Below are positions 22,880 through 36,879 of a stretch of DNA of 64,000 bases, in pieces. The DNA is from Octopus sinensis (lineage: Eukaryota), in the NCBI RefSeq assembly GCF_006345805.1, contig NC_043000.1, forward strand, positions 73,160,001 through 73,224,000, in the 5' to 3' direction. The notes under the pieces are model-generated. The model ran no database searches. It was not told the DNA's origin and saw only the letters and a list, made by a program, of their open reading frames with translations. Position 1 is the first letter of the stretch. Every line of letters starts with the position of its first letter. The position numbers were made by a program, and so were the translations under genes.

Positions 22880-24900
22880 ATGATTAACATCTCTCTGAGC
22901 TTCTTCGTTGTCAATGGCATTTCTGACTATCTATGACCTCTCAGATAACTATTCAGTCCCACTGCAGATCTACATGATTTGAAATATAGGTGACTGACTA
23001 TGGATTGATTGAATCACTTTGTAAGATAAGACCTATGTGAATCACCATATCAGTCATGAAATCAACTTGCAAACCCTTTCATACACTATACATGTTGAAT
23101 CAATTAGTCAAAAAGGAAGAATGTTGCATATAATTGATCTTTCATCAGACTTTAGATGGTTGACATATTCAACCTTGGAAAGGAGTACATGGCCACATGA
23201 TCAACATTTTATGTTCTCATTGGGGTTTCTGAAGACAGTCTCTCTGAAGTCAGTATTTTAGGGTTTTGCATACAAGGCAACCTTCTTCAAAAGTTTTACA
23301 AACTTTCCTTATATGCTTCTTCCACTCAACTTTTCTGAAGCTAGTTCTTCCCGTCCAGTTCTTTATATTGATTTGCAGGTCCTTCAGGTTGCCTTTTATG
23401 TAGTCTTTGTATCATTTTGTGGTCTGTGCTGAGGATACTTTCCAGAGCACAGCTCACCGTAGAATACAAATTCTATCTTTGCAAGGACTTCTGTGTCAGG
23501 TGTTTTAGTTTGCCCCTTAATATTAAGTATGTGTCTCAAACATTTTTGGTGCATGTTCAAGCAACTTCAGATGCCAAGGGTGTACTGTTGATGTTTCAGA
23601 AGAATACAACTGAAATATTGATAGGCATGTTTTGTAAATGCTCTGCTTAGTCTCTTTGGTAATGCTGTAATTTGCCCAGACTCTCTTTTCAAGTTTCACA
23701 AATGCTACAGATGCTTTCTGAATGTGTAGATGTATTTTTGCATCTAGGGAGTCAACTCTTGACAACATGCTACCAGCATAAACTACATCTAATCTTGTAC
23801 CATATACTAAAATACCTGGCTCAATGTATAGTTCACCTGGTTCATGTGTGAACATTACCTTGGTTTTTTTTTTCAGAATTATTTTAAATCCAAAGATGAA
23901 GTATCAAAACAATCCATATTGTGAGCCATGAAGTCAACACTATCTTTGTAAAGGTGTTTCCTGTCCAAAGTTGTTTTTGAATTGATGCTGAACCGTCTCA
24001 AGTTGAAGACTCTTCCAGTAGTTCTGAACTGCAAGAAGACACCCTTATCACAGTCATGGAATGCATGTGTAAGCAGGACAGCAAAGAATACCAAAAAGTG
24101 TGTGAGAGCAAGAATTTCACCTTGCTTTACTCCATTGTCAATCAGTTTCATGAAACAGTTTTCTGATAAAGGCAGTCCAAGCCTTTGTGTCTTTGTGCAA
24201 CTGCTTAAACATACTGACAATCATTCCCAGGATTGTCCACAGTGCACCTCTGTTAACTGCATCAAATGCTTTCATTAAGTAAAGACTTGATATAAAGACA
24301 CCTGCATTTCTCTTGTATGTTTCTTGCAGAAAATATCATGTCAATTGTTCCTCTACCTGATCTAAAGCCACTTTATGATTCAGGGACGACTATAGGACAA
24401 ATATCTTCCATCTGTCTATTCAACAAAAGTCTGGCAAGCACTTTGCCAACAGCTTCCGGGAGTGTGATGCCACAGTGCTGGTCACAAATTCCTTTTTCCC
24501 TTGAACAAAAACACTAAAATGTCATCACTCTAATCTTTTGGTATAAGGGTTCCAGTTCAGCACTTGGTAATGAGATTAAATACTACATGAGTAACCTTTT
24601 TGCTTCCAGCCTTCAGCAGTTCAACAGCAAAATTATCTCAGTTAGGTACTCTACCAGTATTTAACTTTTTGAGAACCATTTTCACCTCATCATAAGATGG
24701 TAATTGATTCACAGTCAAATAAATTAATGAAGTGTTCTTGCCATTGCTGCAGAGCTTTTGCTAGTTCTTTGATGATAGTAGTGTTATCCTTGGACTCCAG
24801 AAGAACAAAAGTAGAGGTTACCAGACCAAAAACTTCATGTAGAAGACTTTAAAACATACTTACTTTCTTACATACATACATACATACAGATCTTGCTTCA
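22880..24900 (-). mobile_element. Decayed RTE (BovB-like) LINE
   Basis: NGVKQGEILALTHF..VFLQFRTTGRVFNLRR; YAGSMLSRVDSLDAKIHLHIQKASVAFVKLEKRVW..ITKETK..YSSET. Many stops and frameshifts. Confidence 0.8.
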
Positions 24901-24929
24901 GGTGTTTGCTGTAACTCAGCTTCAATAAC

Positions 24930-26560
24930 TGAGTGCATTTTGAATGCAGTTATATCCATCAACAAGTGGTTCAGTAGCATATGCTCTTGCTGACCAATGA
25001 ATTTTTGACAATGACTTCAAGGTTAGTTCTCTTTTATTTCCTTCTAAAAATTTTATTAAATCTGCCCATCAATGCATTAACACAGAAAAAAGTGTATAGC
25101 TTTTGTATGAAGCCAAAATAGCTAACAGCTTCAACACAGCAAGAAGCAGTAGCATTATCCAACATGAATTAACAAATGAGCTGCACAAGGAACGAAAACT
25201 GTAGCCAAGTTCTTTTTCTTAAATCTGGTTCACATTCCTCTGCAGTGATTGGATATATTACTGGTGCTGTTATAGGACTGTCCTTGGAGTCTTCAAAACT
25301 TATACCCTATTTTCTAAGAAATCCTAACTCAGATATAGCCACTGTTTCTGCTTTATGAGAACCAGTCTGAATGAAATTTGAAAACCTTTCTATCAGCATT
25401 CTGGAAACAGTGTATCACACAATAACTGTTAGTTGATCAACATGAGCACAGTCTGACAAATACTTAGAAGTTTTAAGTTCTGCTACAATATTATTTATAT
25501 ATTTTACATTTAACAGAATAATTTTTTCATAGATGGTAGCAGAGATAAGTATGACTGCTTACCATTTCTGGGATTTCCAAACTCTTTCAAGTGACTCACT
25601 AGAAATGGATTAAATTGTGCAATAAGTTCTGTAATTTCTCCAAATTTCCATTGTGCTTAGATTCTATGATCTCTTCACTAACCCTAAATGCCAGGCCTCT
25701 CTCAGCTAGAAATATTGCCATATCCACAACACAGCATGATATTTCAGTCCAGTATTTATTTACCTGCACTTGTTTTTCCAACTCCTTACAAATATGTGAA
25801 CACTCCTTACACAAAATATTGAGCTGCAACACAAAATCCCTGTGACTTTGACTTTGATCATGTGTTTTTATATTCTCTTCTGCTATTTTTCCAATAACTA
25901 GAGCTATCCTTGTCAGAAAACCTGTCATGGCAACTTGATATCAAAGTTCAGTAAAAGCAATAAACTGCACTTCTTGATGGGCTGTACTGGATCCACTTTT
26001 TCAAATGCTGATCACCATCGTCACAAATAGTATAAAACAGAATTTTAAAAATAATGATAGTGCCCATCCAGCTTGCCTTCACCTTTGTTTATAATGGTGT
26101 GAAGATTCTGGTTTCATGGACACATACTTTTCTCTGACAGAAAACTACTTGGTTTGGTCTAGATCCTAAGATGGCACTTAGCTATCCCTATCAGTAGGAT
26201 GCAGTGATTCTTCATCTTCAGTTTCTTGAGTTGATGTCTTTCTCCTATTTTTGCAGATGCACATGGGATTGCAGCTAGTTTTTCAAAAGAGAAACTGATT
26301 TGTTTATTAAGCTTAGTTTCTAAGTTTACCTTTTTAGGAGCAAAGAAAAGTTCTGCAAGGTGCTGAGTCTTTGCTAATACTGTAGCATTTTTTTCACTTC
26401 CTTCTTTGGAAATGTTTTTGGAGACAGCTGAATATTCTGTGTGAAAATATCTGAATAAAAGCAAGGAGCAAATAGTCTCAAAAACAAAACAGGAACCTAC
26501 AACAGCCATGTAAACCCATTTCATTTAATCAAGCCACAGGCATAACCAAAGCCAGACTGT
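24930..26560 (-). mobile_element. Decayed hAT transposase (DUF4371/ZMYM1-like)
   Basis: IFLAERGLAFRVSEEIIESKHNGNL matches hAT LA.QGLAFRG.DE......GNF. Fragmented ORFs 25599-25928 and 26159-26524. Confidence 0.72.
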
Positions 26561-27189
26561 TTACACATACTCCTGTAATTCTTACATCTGGTACAAGTAA
26601 GTAGGTCTGCAACCAAAGTAAATGAAATGTTAACAGAAAAGGGTTCAAGTGATTAACAGCAAACTGAGGATTAAAGATTAAAGGTTTTGTTTCCATTTCA
26701 TTACTTCAAAATTACATTTCAGTTCTGTGAGGCTATAGAAACAAAGTGCCATTAAATGCTTCAGAAAAATGATAGATTTGAAAAGGGATTGTGTATTTCA
26801 TGGATCTCTCTGAACTTCAAACAACCAGGTAGTGATATTTGAGCTTACAATTCTGACGATGATGAAAATATAAAAAAAGAAAAAAAAGGGAGAGATTAGG
26901 TTAAATAGAAAACAAAAATGTGAACAAGTCATATTCTACAGTAATGTTACATGAAACAGAAAATTATATAATTAAAACATTAAAATTTCAGAAGCCAAAC
27001 AGTCTCACCTATTTTTGGCAAATATGACCAGTGTACCAAATGACTACCAACTACCAAATGAACAGAAAGATAACTTTAGAGAGCAGCAATATGTGTCAGT
27101 GCATGTTTGCTTGTGTATGCATACCTGTGCATGTGTATGTTTCAATTGCAAGTACAAAAGCCTGAAATTGATGGGTCATTGTAGGGTCA

Positions 27190-30100
27190 AACAACATTCA
27201 TCCATCTATCTGTGTGCTAGTTGTAGTGTTCTCACCTTAAGTTTGAGGAAGAGATTTTTCTTGTGAAGTTGATTGTAGCATGTTTTCTCTACCACAAGTG
27301 GTTAGTATTCCCATACACTAAACATTTAGGATTTTCCCCTCTATAAACAGTGACATCTGCTTGCATTCCTAGAAACAGAGAATTTTCAGGAATGTGATTT
27401 ATTTCTTCAGGAGACGTTTATATCTGGAATACCATAAGAATTTCAGTCTTGTTCAGTTGTGAGGTGGACTTTATGTACACAATCTCCTCTTTCTCTTCTT
27501 GGCCAGATTTCAAGTCTACCTTTTACCCATATAATGTGGAATAATTATAAAGTTTGGGATATGCAAGTGATTGTAGACATTCTTCTGGCTTCTTGCTCAC
27601 TGCTATATATAGCAGCTAACAACTCATATGTCTTTCCTTTATATATGTATAATACAAAGGACCACACATCTTGGAGGCATTTTTCTGTGTTTGCCAGAGT
27701 AGGAAATTTAAGTTTTCCCTCCTTGTAAGAAGCACATTTACACAATGGTTTTGCATATGCAGGCTGTGTGGTTAGGAAGCTACATGGCTTCTGGTACAGT
27801 TCCACTGCATGGTACCTTGAGCAAGTGTCTTCTGCTATAGCCTTGGGCTGACCAAAGCCGTTTGGTTGAATTTGGTAGGTGGAAGATTCCTGTTATGTGT
27901 GTAAAAGTGCTTGTGCTTCCTAAGAGAGAGGAGGAAAAATTAGTTTTTTCTGTCTCACTAAGGGACATAACACCTGGTTTTACACCTCATTTTTGTACTG
28001 GAAGACTTTATTTTTCAGATCTTGCACTGAATGCATAATCTACTGGCTAACTGCCCTTGAAAAAAATTAAGTTATTGTTGTGTGTTTTTTTATGTTGTTA
28101 TTTTTCATACAGTTTTTGTTGTTATTACTACTGCAACAATTGTTTTCACTATTGTTGTTGTTGCTGGTGCTATGGCTCTTGTACACATTAACATTATTGT
28201 TGTTGCTGTTGCTATTGTTGTCACTATCGTTGCTGCTACATGTATCTTTGCAGGTCATAGAAACAAGATGAAATTCCATTGCTTTGTGCCAATAAGTTTA
28301 TTTTAATTCAGACCTTTCTGCTATTGGTGTAATTTTCAAATTGGGAAAATATACGTAACTTTTGTTTCCACACAAATGTAAAATAAATATCCATGAGTTA
28401 CACCCATAAAAGGAAAAACATTCCCTTCAGAATACCCTATCTAGATATGATCTTGATGACCTTATGCATTTTGACCAGCTCCACATTGGCATGTCAAGGA
28501 AATCCAGTGGATACCTGTCAGACAGTTGGAATCATCTGAGAAGTTTTGCAATGTTTTTACACTCTCCACCCCTGTCTGCTAAATCCACACAATTCCAGCA
28601 TGTGTCTAAGATTCCAATCCAGTCTACCATTAACACTAGAGAATGAGATACTCCCAGAAAAGTTTCCAGATGCCTGAAGAAATCTGGTTGCCATATTATG
28701 GAGATAAGAAGTAAAACTTACTTGGTTTGTGTGAAGGGGCAGTTTGTCTAGCTCTCTGGTTTGAATGGGGTGTTTCCACCAACAGATCACCACATATTTG
28801 CTTGGTGATGTTCCCTCAAAGTCACTGATTTCATGTGGAAATTTAGCTTTTAGGTTTGTGTATGTGTCTTGTAGTGTTCAAATGATTTGTATGTGTGTAG
28901 GTAGCATGATAGTGGGTGTTGTAAAATTTGTCTGTGTTATGCTGGTGTGAGTTTTCTTGTAATTCATTAAATTTTGTAATGTAGTTTGTAATGCTACTTT
29001 ATTTACTTTGTGTTTGCTTTTGTTGTTGTTGTTGTGTATTTGGGATGAGTTGTGTTTGTGATGTTGGTGGTTGTGGTGGTGTTTTAAGTGTTTGTGGCTG
29101 CAGTGTGGATGTAGTGCTTGTTTCATGTGTTTTTTTGTCTTGCAGCTTTTATTTGTTTTCCTCACCACTTTTTGTGGGGATGAGGTTTTCTTTTTGTTTT
29201 GTCTTTTTTCCTTTGTTTAGTTTCTGTCTTCCACTAATCAGACCCGCTACATGTCATGTATGATTACTTGGACTGAGACATGGAATCTTGTCCTGAAGTT
29301 GAGAAGTGACTAGGGGAATCTATCGTTGCTATGGTTGGAATTGGTGTTACAGTGGCTGTTGTTGTTGCTGAATTTTTGCTGCTGTTGTTGATATGACAAC
29401 TTGTACTGTTGGTAATGGTGTTCATGTTGCTTTATGGGCTTTGGTGGCTGTTGTTGGTAGATTCCTTGGTGTTGGGAGAAGAGAGAGTTTCTTATCTTTT
29501 TCTTCATTTTAGGACAGAAGGCTCTTAGGTGTGTTGCTGAAAGGCAGATGTGACACCTAGCCTTCCTTCCTTCTACACTAACCAGTATGTATGTGGTCTG
29601 GGATGGATGGCATCCACATTTTTCTGAATAGTTTGGATGAGAAGTCCTACTCCCATTCTCAACCACTTCTCTTTTTGGGTCTGGTAGACTTTGAAGATTT
29701 TTGTGTTTTCCTTAATGTCTACCATGGCCACAGCAATTAGCCAAGGAATGGCTGTTTCTGGCCATGATTCTTACTAGTTTCTGTAGTAGTAAGAAATTAA
29801 CAAGAGATCCCCACTTTTCGGAAAATTTAGAGAGTAAGTTTTCACTTCCTACTGTTTGAAATCTCACTTCCACTGTTCCGTAGCCCTTCCCCTTTGTTTA
29901 TATTCTTTTGGGTTTCAAATGGAACCTAATGTCTTTTAGATTTGAATCACAGTGCTCTTTTCACTCTTCTTGACTTCATTCCAATTGTACAGTATGTCAC
30001 TATGTGATGTATTATATTTCGGATGGCGTCAACTGGACTGTTGAGTCAGACATTTTGTCTATCTCATTTGACTAATTGCTTGACATTTTTGATTTCTGCC

Positions 30101-30380
30101 TCAGAAATTTACTCTTTGCAGAGAGGACTTGGTGGCACTAGCAAAAGAGAGACTGATGTTTTTAATTACCATTGTACTGGCTTGTTTGTCTGTTCTTTAA
30201 TCATTGCTACTTTGTTGTTGTTGCTGCAGTTCTTGGTATTGACAGAATGGGTTTTCAAGAGTTCTTTCTTGAAACAGTCTGCTTTATCAGCAATTTCAAC
30301 TTCATTTGTGTTAAAAAGAAACTTGTCATTTTTTCACATGGGGCAAAATAGAATATCATGCTCACACCCTCTTGGTTTTA
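27190..30380 (-). mobile_element. Decayed Tx1/L1-like LINE (ORF1 zinc knuckle and APE start), with a family A SINE fragment at ~27763-27900
   Basis: CHICLSATHLRAFC (CX2CX4HX4C) at 29514-29555. HPIQTRELD at ~28760 resembles APE IQET. Poly-Q/H/N tracts in ORF1. Clade and limits uncertain. Confidence 0.5.
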
Positions 30381-30417
30381 GCTAGGTTGACTACACACAC
30401 AAACACACACACATATA

Positions 30418-30707
30418 CAGGGGTTGGACAAAATAATGAAATCACCTAGTATCATAGCATCCTAATTTTGAAATATCTATAAAACTGCTTGCTTATTTTT
30501 ATGGTTTTTGATTTATTATTAGTGTTGCTTAATATGTTTTGCTAAAATTGCTGTTTCTTTTCAGATACCATCAGAAAAAGGTAATTAAAATTCATAAAAA
30601 TAACAGATCTATCAGACTTTCAAAGAGGTCAAATTGTTGGTGTTAGTATGGCAGGCACTAGCGTAATGAAAACAGCCAAAACGTTTGGTGTATCAAGAAG
30701 TAATGGC
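30418..30707 (+). mobile_element. Tc1-family transposon, 5' fragment
   Basis: TA|CAGGGGTTGGACAAAATAAT TIR start; DLSDFQRGQIVGVSMAGTSVMKTAKTFGVSRS (Tc1 HTH). Confidence 0.8.
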
Positions 30708-31049
30708 AACTCTAATTCAATGAAAATCCTTAACTGCATATTCAGGGTTAACACCCAGCATGCTAATGCTGCATATGGTAGTGGAGAGGTCAGGAGAAAA
30801 CATCTGGCCATGTGCAAGAACCCATTGAATGTCATCAAGTGATTATACATTTCCTTTAAAGTGAAGAAAAGGGACCACAAGCATCAGCCCTCCTACCACA
30901 GGTTATTCTCTTATCAGGTAAAAATTTGCGATGCATCTATTAATGATAGTACAGTGAAAGGTAGATATAGTGCGATTGTAGAGATGTTAGAGCAGAGGCA
31001 GAGGATGATGATTTCAAAGAGTATGTTGGACAGTACCAAGATGGCTACT

Positions 31050-31890
31050 TAAAAGTACATGACAACTGGTTTCTTGAGCTCTGTGAAATAAACTGTCTGC
31101 AATATAAATTTCAGGAAACCAATGAGCCAACTGATACCTTTGAATCAGGTGAATATGCAAGTCAGATAGACTTCATTCTCTCTAGAAAATGAGATGTGCT
31201 GATGATTGTAAATACCAAGTATTTCCTTCTGAAGAATATACCACCTAACATAGGCTAGGGATTAATGATTTTAGAATAAAATTTAGACAGGCAGAAAGAC
31301 AAGAGACAATCCAGGGAAAGAAGATGAGGAAACTGAAAGATTGTTCTCGTATGGTGAGGCAAAGAACAATCAGGTGATGGCATTACTTGAAATTAAGTTG
31401 CAACTATCTGGGGCAAGTGAAATCGAAATTGAACCAAATTCAATGACTGGCACTTGTGCCAGTGGAGCGCTAACAGCTCCATCTGAGTATGATCACTGCC
31501 AGAGCAGCTGTCTGGCTTCCATGCCAGTGGCACGTAAAAAGCACCATTTGAATGCAATCGTTACCAGCGTCGCCTTACTGGCACGTGAACAAAACATTCG
31601 AGCGAGGTCGTTGCCAATGCCACTGGACTGACTCCTGTGCAGGTGGCATGTAAAAAAACACCATTTCGAGTGTGACCGTTGCCAGTACTGCCAGACAGGC
31701 CCTTCTGCCGGTGGAACGTAAAAGCACCCACTACACTCTCGGAGTGGTCAGCGTTAGGAAGGGCATCCAGCTGTAGAAACTCTGCCAGATCAGATTGGAG
31801 CCAGGCACAGCCATCTGGTTTGCCAGTCCTCAGTCAAATCGTCCAACCCATGCTAGCATGGAAAGCGGACATTAAGCGATGATGATGATG
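31050..31890 (+). mobile_element. Heavily deleted RTE copy (APE remnant joined to arrayed 3' UTR and tail)
   Basis: 31130-31280 is homologous to HLVTYRSGRHTSQIDYILARKR of the RTE at ~46700. About 4 diverged array units at 31490-31730, then the (GAT)n tail. Confidence 0.65.
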
Positions 31891-33370
31891 ATACATACAT
31901 ACATATATACAAGTTGAGGCACCAGAATATGGTACTTAAGTTGAGGCACCTTGTTGCTTATTTTGATTATATATATATATATTTTATTATAAAAGGTGCA
32001 AAATATTCACACAACTCTTACTCAGAGATTCACATTCCCATTTGTCAGACAGTTATGATGAATACTGAAATTTAGATTATAATTGTGCAAGTAATATATT
32101 TAGTTTGTTGTATAACGAACAAGCCTTTAATTTGATTGGTTAATTTTTCAAAAACAGAATGCTATTCAAGTACTATTTTTTACATATTGTTTTACAGTTA
32201 TGTGCCAACCTGTGTGTGTATAAGCATATACAAGGAGGGAAAGTGTCACCGAAGAGGTCACAAATGTGTGGTGAAAGATTTCTGAACAATGGACGAGTTA
32301 AGATAAAAACAGTAATAAAGAAGTGAAGAATGAATATATAGTGTCTGTGTTTATTTGGCAAAAAGAAAATGACCATCCCATACTATAACAATACACACAC
32401 ACACACATATATATATATAGTCTATTTTACTGTTAAGATAAGATCAACAAAAAAAGTACTCCATCTGGTGAGAGATAAATATTGTTTAATGTACACAGTA
32501 TACAGTTATGAAAAAAATAATCAAGGCAAATTTTAAAACATGACTAGTGTTTTCTAGTAAACTTTAGGATCTGGGCAAAATCTGGACAAAAAAACAAGAT
32601 GAAGGTGGAACGATGAAAGAAAAATGGAAAGAGAAACAGGTATTAAAGTTATGTCCCCTTTGACCATAAAGCTAGATGGTGTGACCTTAAAGGAAGATTA
32701 CTTGGTGACACAAAGCGTGTTTCAAAACCTGCCTAAATGACTTCTTGAATGTATGAAACTATTAGTAGCTCTAACTATATACTATTGTACTATTGTGTAC
32801 AGTAAACAATACGTATATGTGTGTGTGTATTGCTCTAAAATATGCTGAATTTCTATCTTTCTCTCTCTCTCTCTTTCATGTATATATGATCGTCTTCTTT
32901 GAAGAGATAGAGGTGAACTGTGTGTAAAATCATGTTGGTATGCAGTTTGAACTCACACATCCCCAAGCTGAAATTCCATAATTCCTCTTTCTCATTTCAG
33001 CACAAACTCCATTTTGACTTATGACTACTAAAAAACTCTGACTCTCCTTACTCTTTTCTGATAAAACTAAAAACCTATATAGGGTTTTAGAAGGTAACAT
33101 AACATAGTCTAGGTATAACCAACAGAGTAGAAGTATCATAAACCAGACTTTGCCTCTAACCTTTTTTAAACTCCAGGAAAGAAGTATCCAATCATTGACC
33201 TCATCTAAAATGTTTCCTACTTCAGACTTGGGATTCCTCATTCATTGAATAGTCCTACAAAAGTTCCTTCGAATATCACCATGGCTGGAACCAAAGTAAG
33301 GGGATAACTCCATCCCACCTGCAGCCCAAAACCAAATAACCATTACGCATTTCTTCCTCCAGTTTTAGAG

Positions 33371-33465
33371 AGGTTATGCACTTTCAGCCATTTGAATCTG
33401 ATGAGTTGCCTATACTGCTAAGTGCTTTATAAGTGTGAAACCAATGGTCACTCTGGCCATAACTT
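33371..33465 (+). ncRNA. Type I hammerhead ribozyme (intact core, GUC site), second family
   Basis: CTGATGA 33398-33404, GAAA 33437-33440, stem III CC-AAT-GG, GUC with cut after 33449. Stem I GAAT/ACTC, GCCA/TGGC and AGGTTATG/CATAACTT with bulges. Stem II is imperfect. Confidence 0.62.
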
Positions 33466-33483
33466 TTAAGTTTCCAATATACA

Positions 33484-33514
<31 letters not shown>

Positions 33515-33516
<2 letters not shown>

Positions 33517-35028
33517 CATCATCATCATCATTTAACTTCCATTTTCCATGCTAGCATGGGTTGGATGATTTTGACTGAGGGCTGGCAACCAGATGGCTGC
33601 ACCAGGCTCCAGTCTTGATCTGGCAGAGTTTCTACAGCTGGATGCCCTTTTACGTGCCACGGGTATGGAAACCAGTTGGCTGCTCTGGCAACAATCATGC
33701 TTGGGTGGTGTTCTTGGCACCCTACTAGCACAGGCATAAGTACCAGTAAGGCGACGCTGGTAACGATCATACTCGAATAGCCGCTCTGTCAACTATCACA
33801 CTCGTATGGTGCTCTTTGCACCCCGCTAGCACAGATGCCAGTCATCGAAGTGATTTTGATTTTGATTTGATTTCACTTGCCTCAACAGGTCTTCGCAAGC
33901 AGAGTTTAGTGACCAAAGAAGGAAAAGCTACACATAAGAGGGCGTGTTATGCTCCTGGCATAGGCCACGGGTTATGGTTTCATCTGGTTTGCCGGGTCTT
34001 CTCGAGCACAGCATATTTCCAAAGGTCTCGGTCGCTAGTCATTTCCTTGGTGAGGCCCAATGTTCGAAGGTTGTGCTTCACCACTTCATCCCAGGTCTTC
34101 CTGGGTCTACCTCTTCCACAGGTTCCATCAACAGCTAGGGTGTGGCACTTTTTCACACAGCTATCCTCATCCATTCTCGCCACATGACCATACCAGCGCA
34201 GTCGTCTCTCTTGCACACCACATCTAATGCTTCTTAGGTCCAACTTTTCTCTCAAGGTACTTACACTCTGTTGAGTATGCACACTGACATTACACATCCA
34301 TCGGATCATACTGGCTTCATTCTTTGCGAGCTTACGCATATCCTCAGCAGTCACAGCCCATGTTTCACTGCCATGTAGCATGGCTGTTCGTACACATGCA
34401 TCATACAGTCTACCTTTTACTCTGAGCAAGAGACCCTTTGTCACCAACAGAGGTAAGAGCTCTCTGAACTTTGCCCAAGCTATTCTTATTCTAGCAGCTA
34501 CACTTTCAGTGCACCCTCCTCTACTACTGATTTGGTCACCTAGATAACGGAAGCTATCAACTACTTCTAGTTTTTCTCCCTGGAATGTGGCAGAAGTTGG
34601 TCTCTGCGCATTTTCAGTGTTTATCGCCCCCGAGAATCTGCCACATACAAAAACTATCTTCCCAGTTAGCCTTCCTTTGATATTACTGCACCTCTTATAC
34701 ACTGGGTACATCTTATAGAGTTTCTACCTACACCTCTACTACAGATCGAGTAGGGCCATCTACCTGAAGGAATTTGTGGTTTGCCTGCCTTCCTACTTAT
34801 TAGGACTGGTTTTAGCTAGGTTGATTCTAAGGCCCTTCGATTCTAATCCTTGTTTCCACACTTGAAACTTCTCCTCTAGTTCTGATAGCGACTCAGCGAT
34901 TAGAGCAAGGTCATCAGCATAGAGGAGCTCTCAGGGGCATCCTGTCTGGAATTCCTCCGTTATTGCCTGGAGGACTATGATAAACAGGAGGGACCTGAGG
35001 ACTGAACCCTGGTGGACCCCAACCTCTA

Positions 35029-35030
<2 letters not shown>
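33515..35030 (-). mobile_element. 5'-truncated RTE LINE (same family as 14102 and 43926)
   Basis: VEVGVHQGSVLS, YADD and ORF 33980-34711. Degenerate 3' array and (GAT)n tail. The 5' end abuts (TA)n. Confidence 0.95.
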
Positions 35031-35110
<80 letters not shown>

Positions 35111-35898
35111 TGTGTATTTTTCCCTTGTTCACAATTAAAACGGAAAAATAGATAAATAGTTACCAGGGTAGCAAAAAATCACACATGTGTCAGAAGTAAA
35201 AGTAGTTGAATTACACCTGCGTTAAACTCCATTTATCTATATATCTATAAAACAGTCCTTGGACGAAAATTGTATGCACATTTTGTTTTGACGGTAAATG
35301 GCAGCCAAACCGAGGCTAGGATCGAGCTGAAAATTGGCAGGGATACTAAATGCATGGTGAGGATGAGACCTGCGATGGTTAAAATTCGCAAGCTAGAAAG
35401 ATGTGGTTGCTATGGCAAAAAGAGTGAAAATTCATTGTCTTTAAATGGACTTTGACAAGTGTTTGTTGTTTCTCTATTACGGTTATCACCCTTTCTTTTT
35501 CCATCTCTCTCTTTCCCTCTTCCCTCCTCTTTATTTCTATAATGGCTTTTGACAGCTTCTACTCACTCTCTTACCCTCTTTTTATTCGCTGTCTCTCTGT
35601 TGCTCTTTCTCCCCAGCCTCTCTCTCTCTCTTTACGTCTTTCTGTATCTATAGAGAGAAAGCGTTGACAGCTGCAAGTGTGATTAATGGAGAGGAATAAA
35701 ATAGGAAATAATTATATTGTGTCGGAAATATATTTCACTCTCTTGAAGTTTAAATATTACCGCTACAGGGCTTTTACAATGGTGAATTATTATCGTCCAC
35801 CACCACCGCACAGTAATGATAACAGAAATTTTTAATCAGATATTTATTATGTTAATTTATATATACGTATATGTGTGTGTATAAATATATATATATAT

Positions 35899-36057
35899 AT
35901 ATGATTTATTTAAAGTAGCAGAAAATTCAACAAAACCTGTTACTCTGAGTTTCACGTTCCCGTTCCGAAGCCGAAGCCAAACTGTCCAACGAACGGGAAC
36001 GTGAAACTCAGAGTAACAGGTTTTGTTGAATTTTCTGCTGCTTTAAATAAAGCATAT
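35899..36057. repeat. Fold-back hairpin, 61-bp core arms (35905-35965 / 35991-36051), 25-nt loop
   Basis: TTTATTTAAAGTAGCAG...CCCGTTC pairs with GAACGGG...CTGCTGCTTTAAATAAA with one mismatch. Confidence 0.95.
35982..36019 (+). ncRNA. Minimal type I hammerhead with mutated core (probably inactive)
   Basis: CTGT / CCAACGA (U4C, G5A versus CUGANGA) / ACG-GGAA-CGT / GAAA / CTC-A-GAG / UA / ACAG. All three stems pair; GUA triplet. Confidence 0.6.
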
Positions 36058-36167
36058 TACTCTACCACTGGTATTTGAGTACTCTTTTTTCCACCTTGTT
36101 TCACATTTATGTGTTTACTCCAGTATATATGATTTATATATATATATATATATGTATACATAATGCG

Positions 36168-36204
<37 letters not shown>

Positions 36205-36879
36205 ATAATGCATATATATGTGCATATATATTTAATGTGTATGTATATATATGTGTGCATATGTGGTTGGATTGAGCTGAGAATTTGCACACTTATGTTA
36301 AAAGTGCTGGCGAGTTTGCATAGCAATTTTGAGTTTGCTCATTTGAAACGCGTGGCCTACAGAGCAACATTCTTCATCTTTTAAAATGTGGCTTGTGTAG
36401 ACCCAAATGAAATAGGGTTATAATACTGAAACAAGTAAAACAATAATAAACTATTTTAATCCCGAGTTTATTTATATGTGTGTGTGTGTGTGTACAGATT
36501 TAAGTATATGTATGTGTTTGTGGTTTCTTGCTCCTTTTCAGTATTTTCCCTGCCTTGTCTAAATTTAAATCAGTAATGGTTTCCTGATCATAATTTTTTT
36601 TTCTCCAGTAAATATGGGTAACACATAACTTTAAAATTAATCAGTCATATTCTTTAATCATATATTTATATAAATAATGATGTTTTATGCAACTGAAACA
36701 GTTGTCATACACAATTAAAGTATGTAAAATTTATGCTTTTCTGCTATTTATTCTATATGTGCTGCTTTCAATGATCATTTTATCCAATTTTGTTCCACAT
36801 GGATTTAATGCATTGTAACATGTTATTAATTGAGTTCTTAATTACAGTGAAATTTTTGTGATTGTTTATACATCAATTC

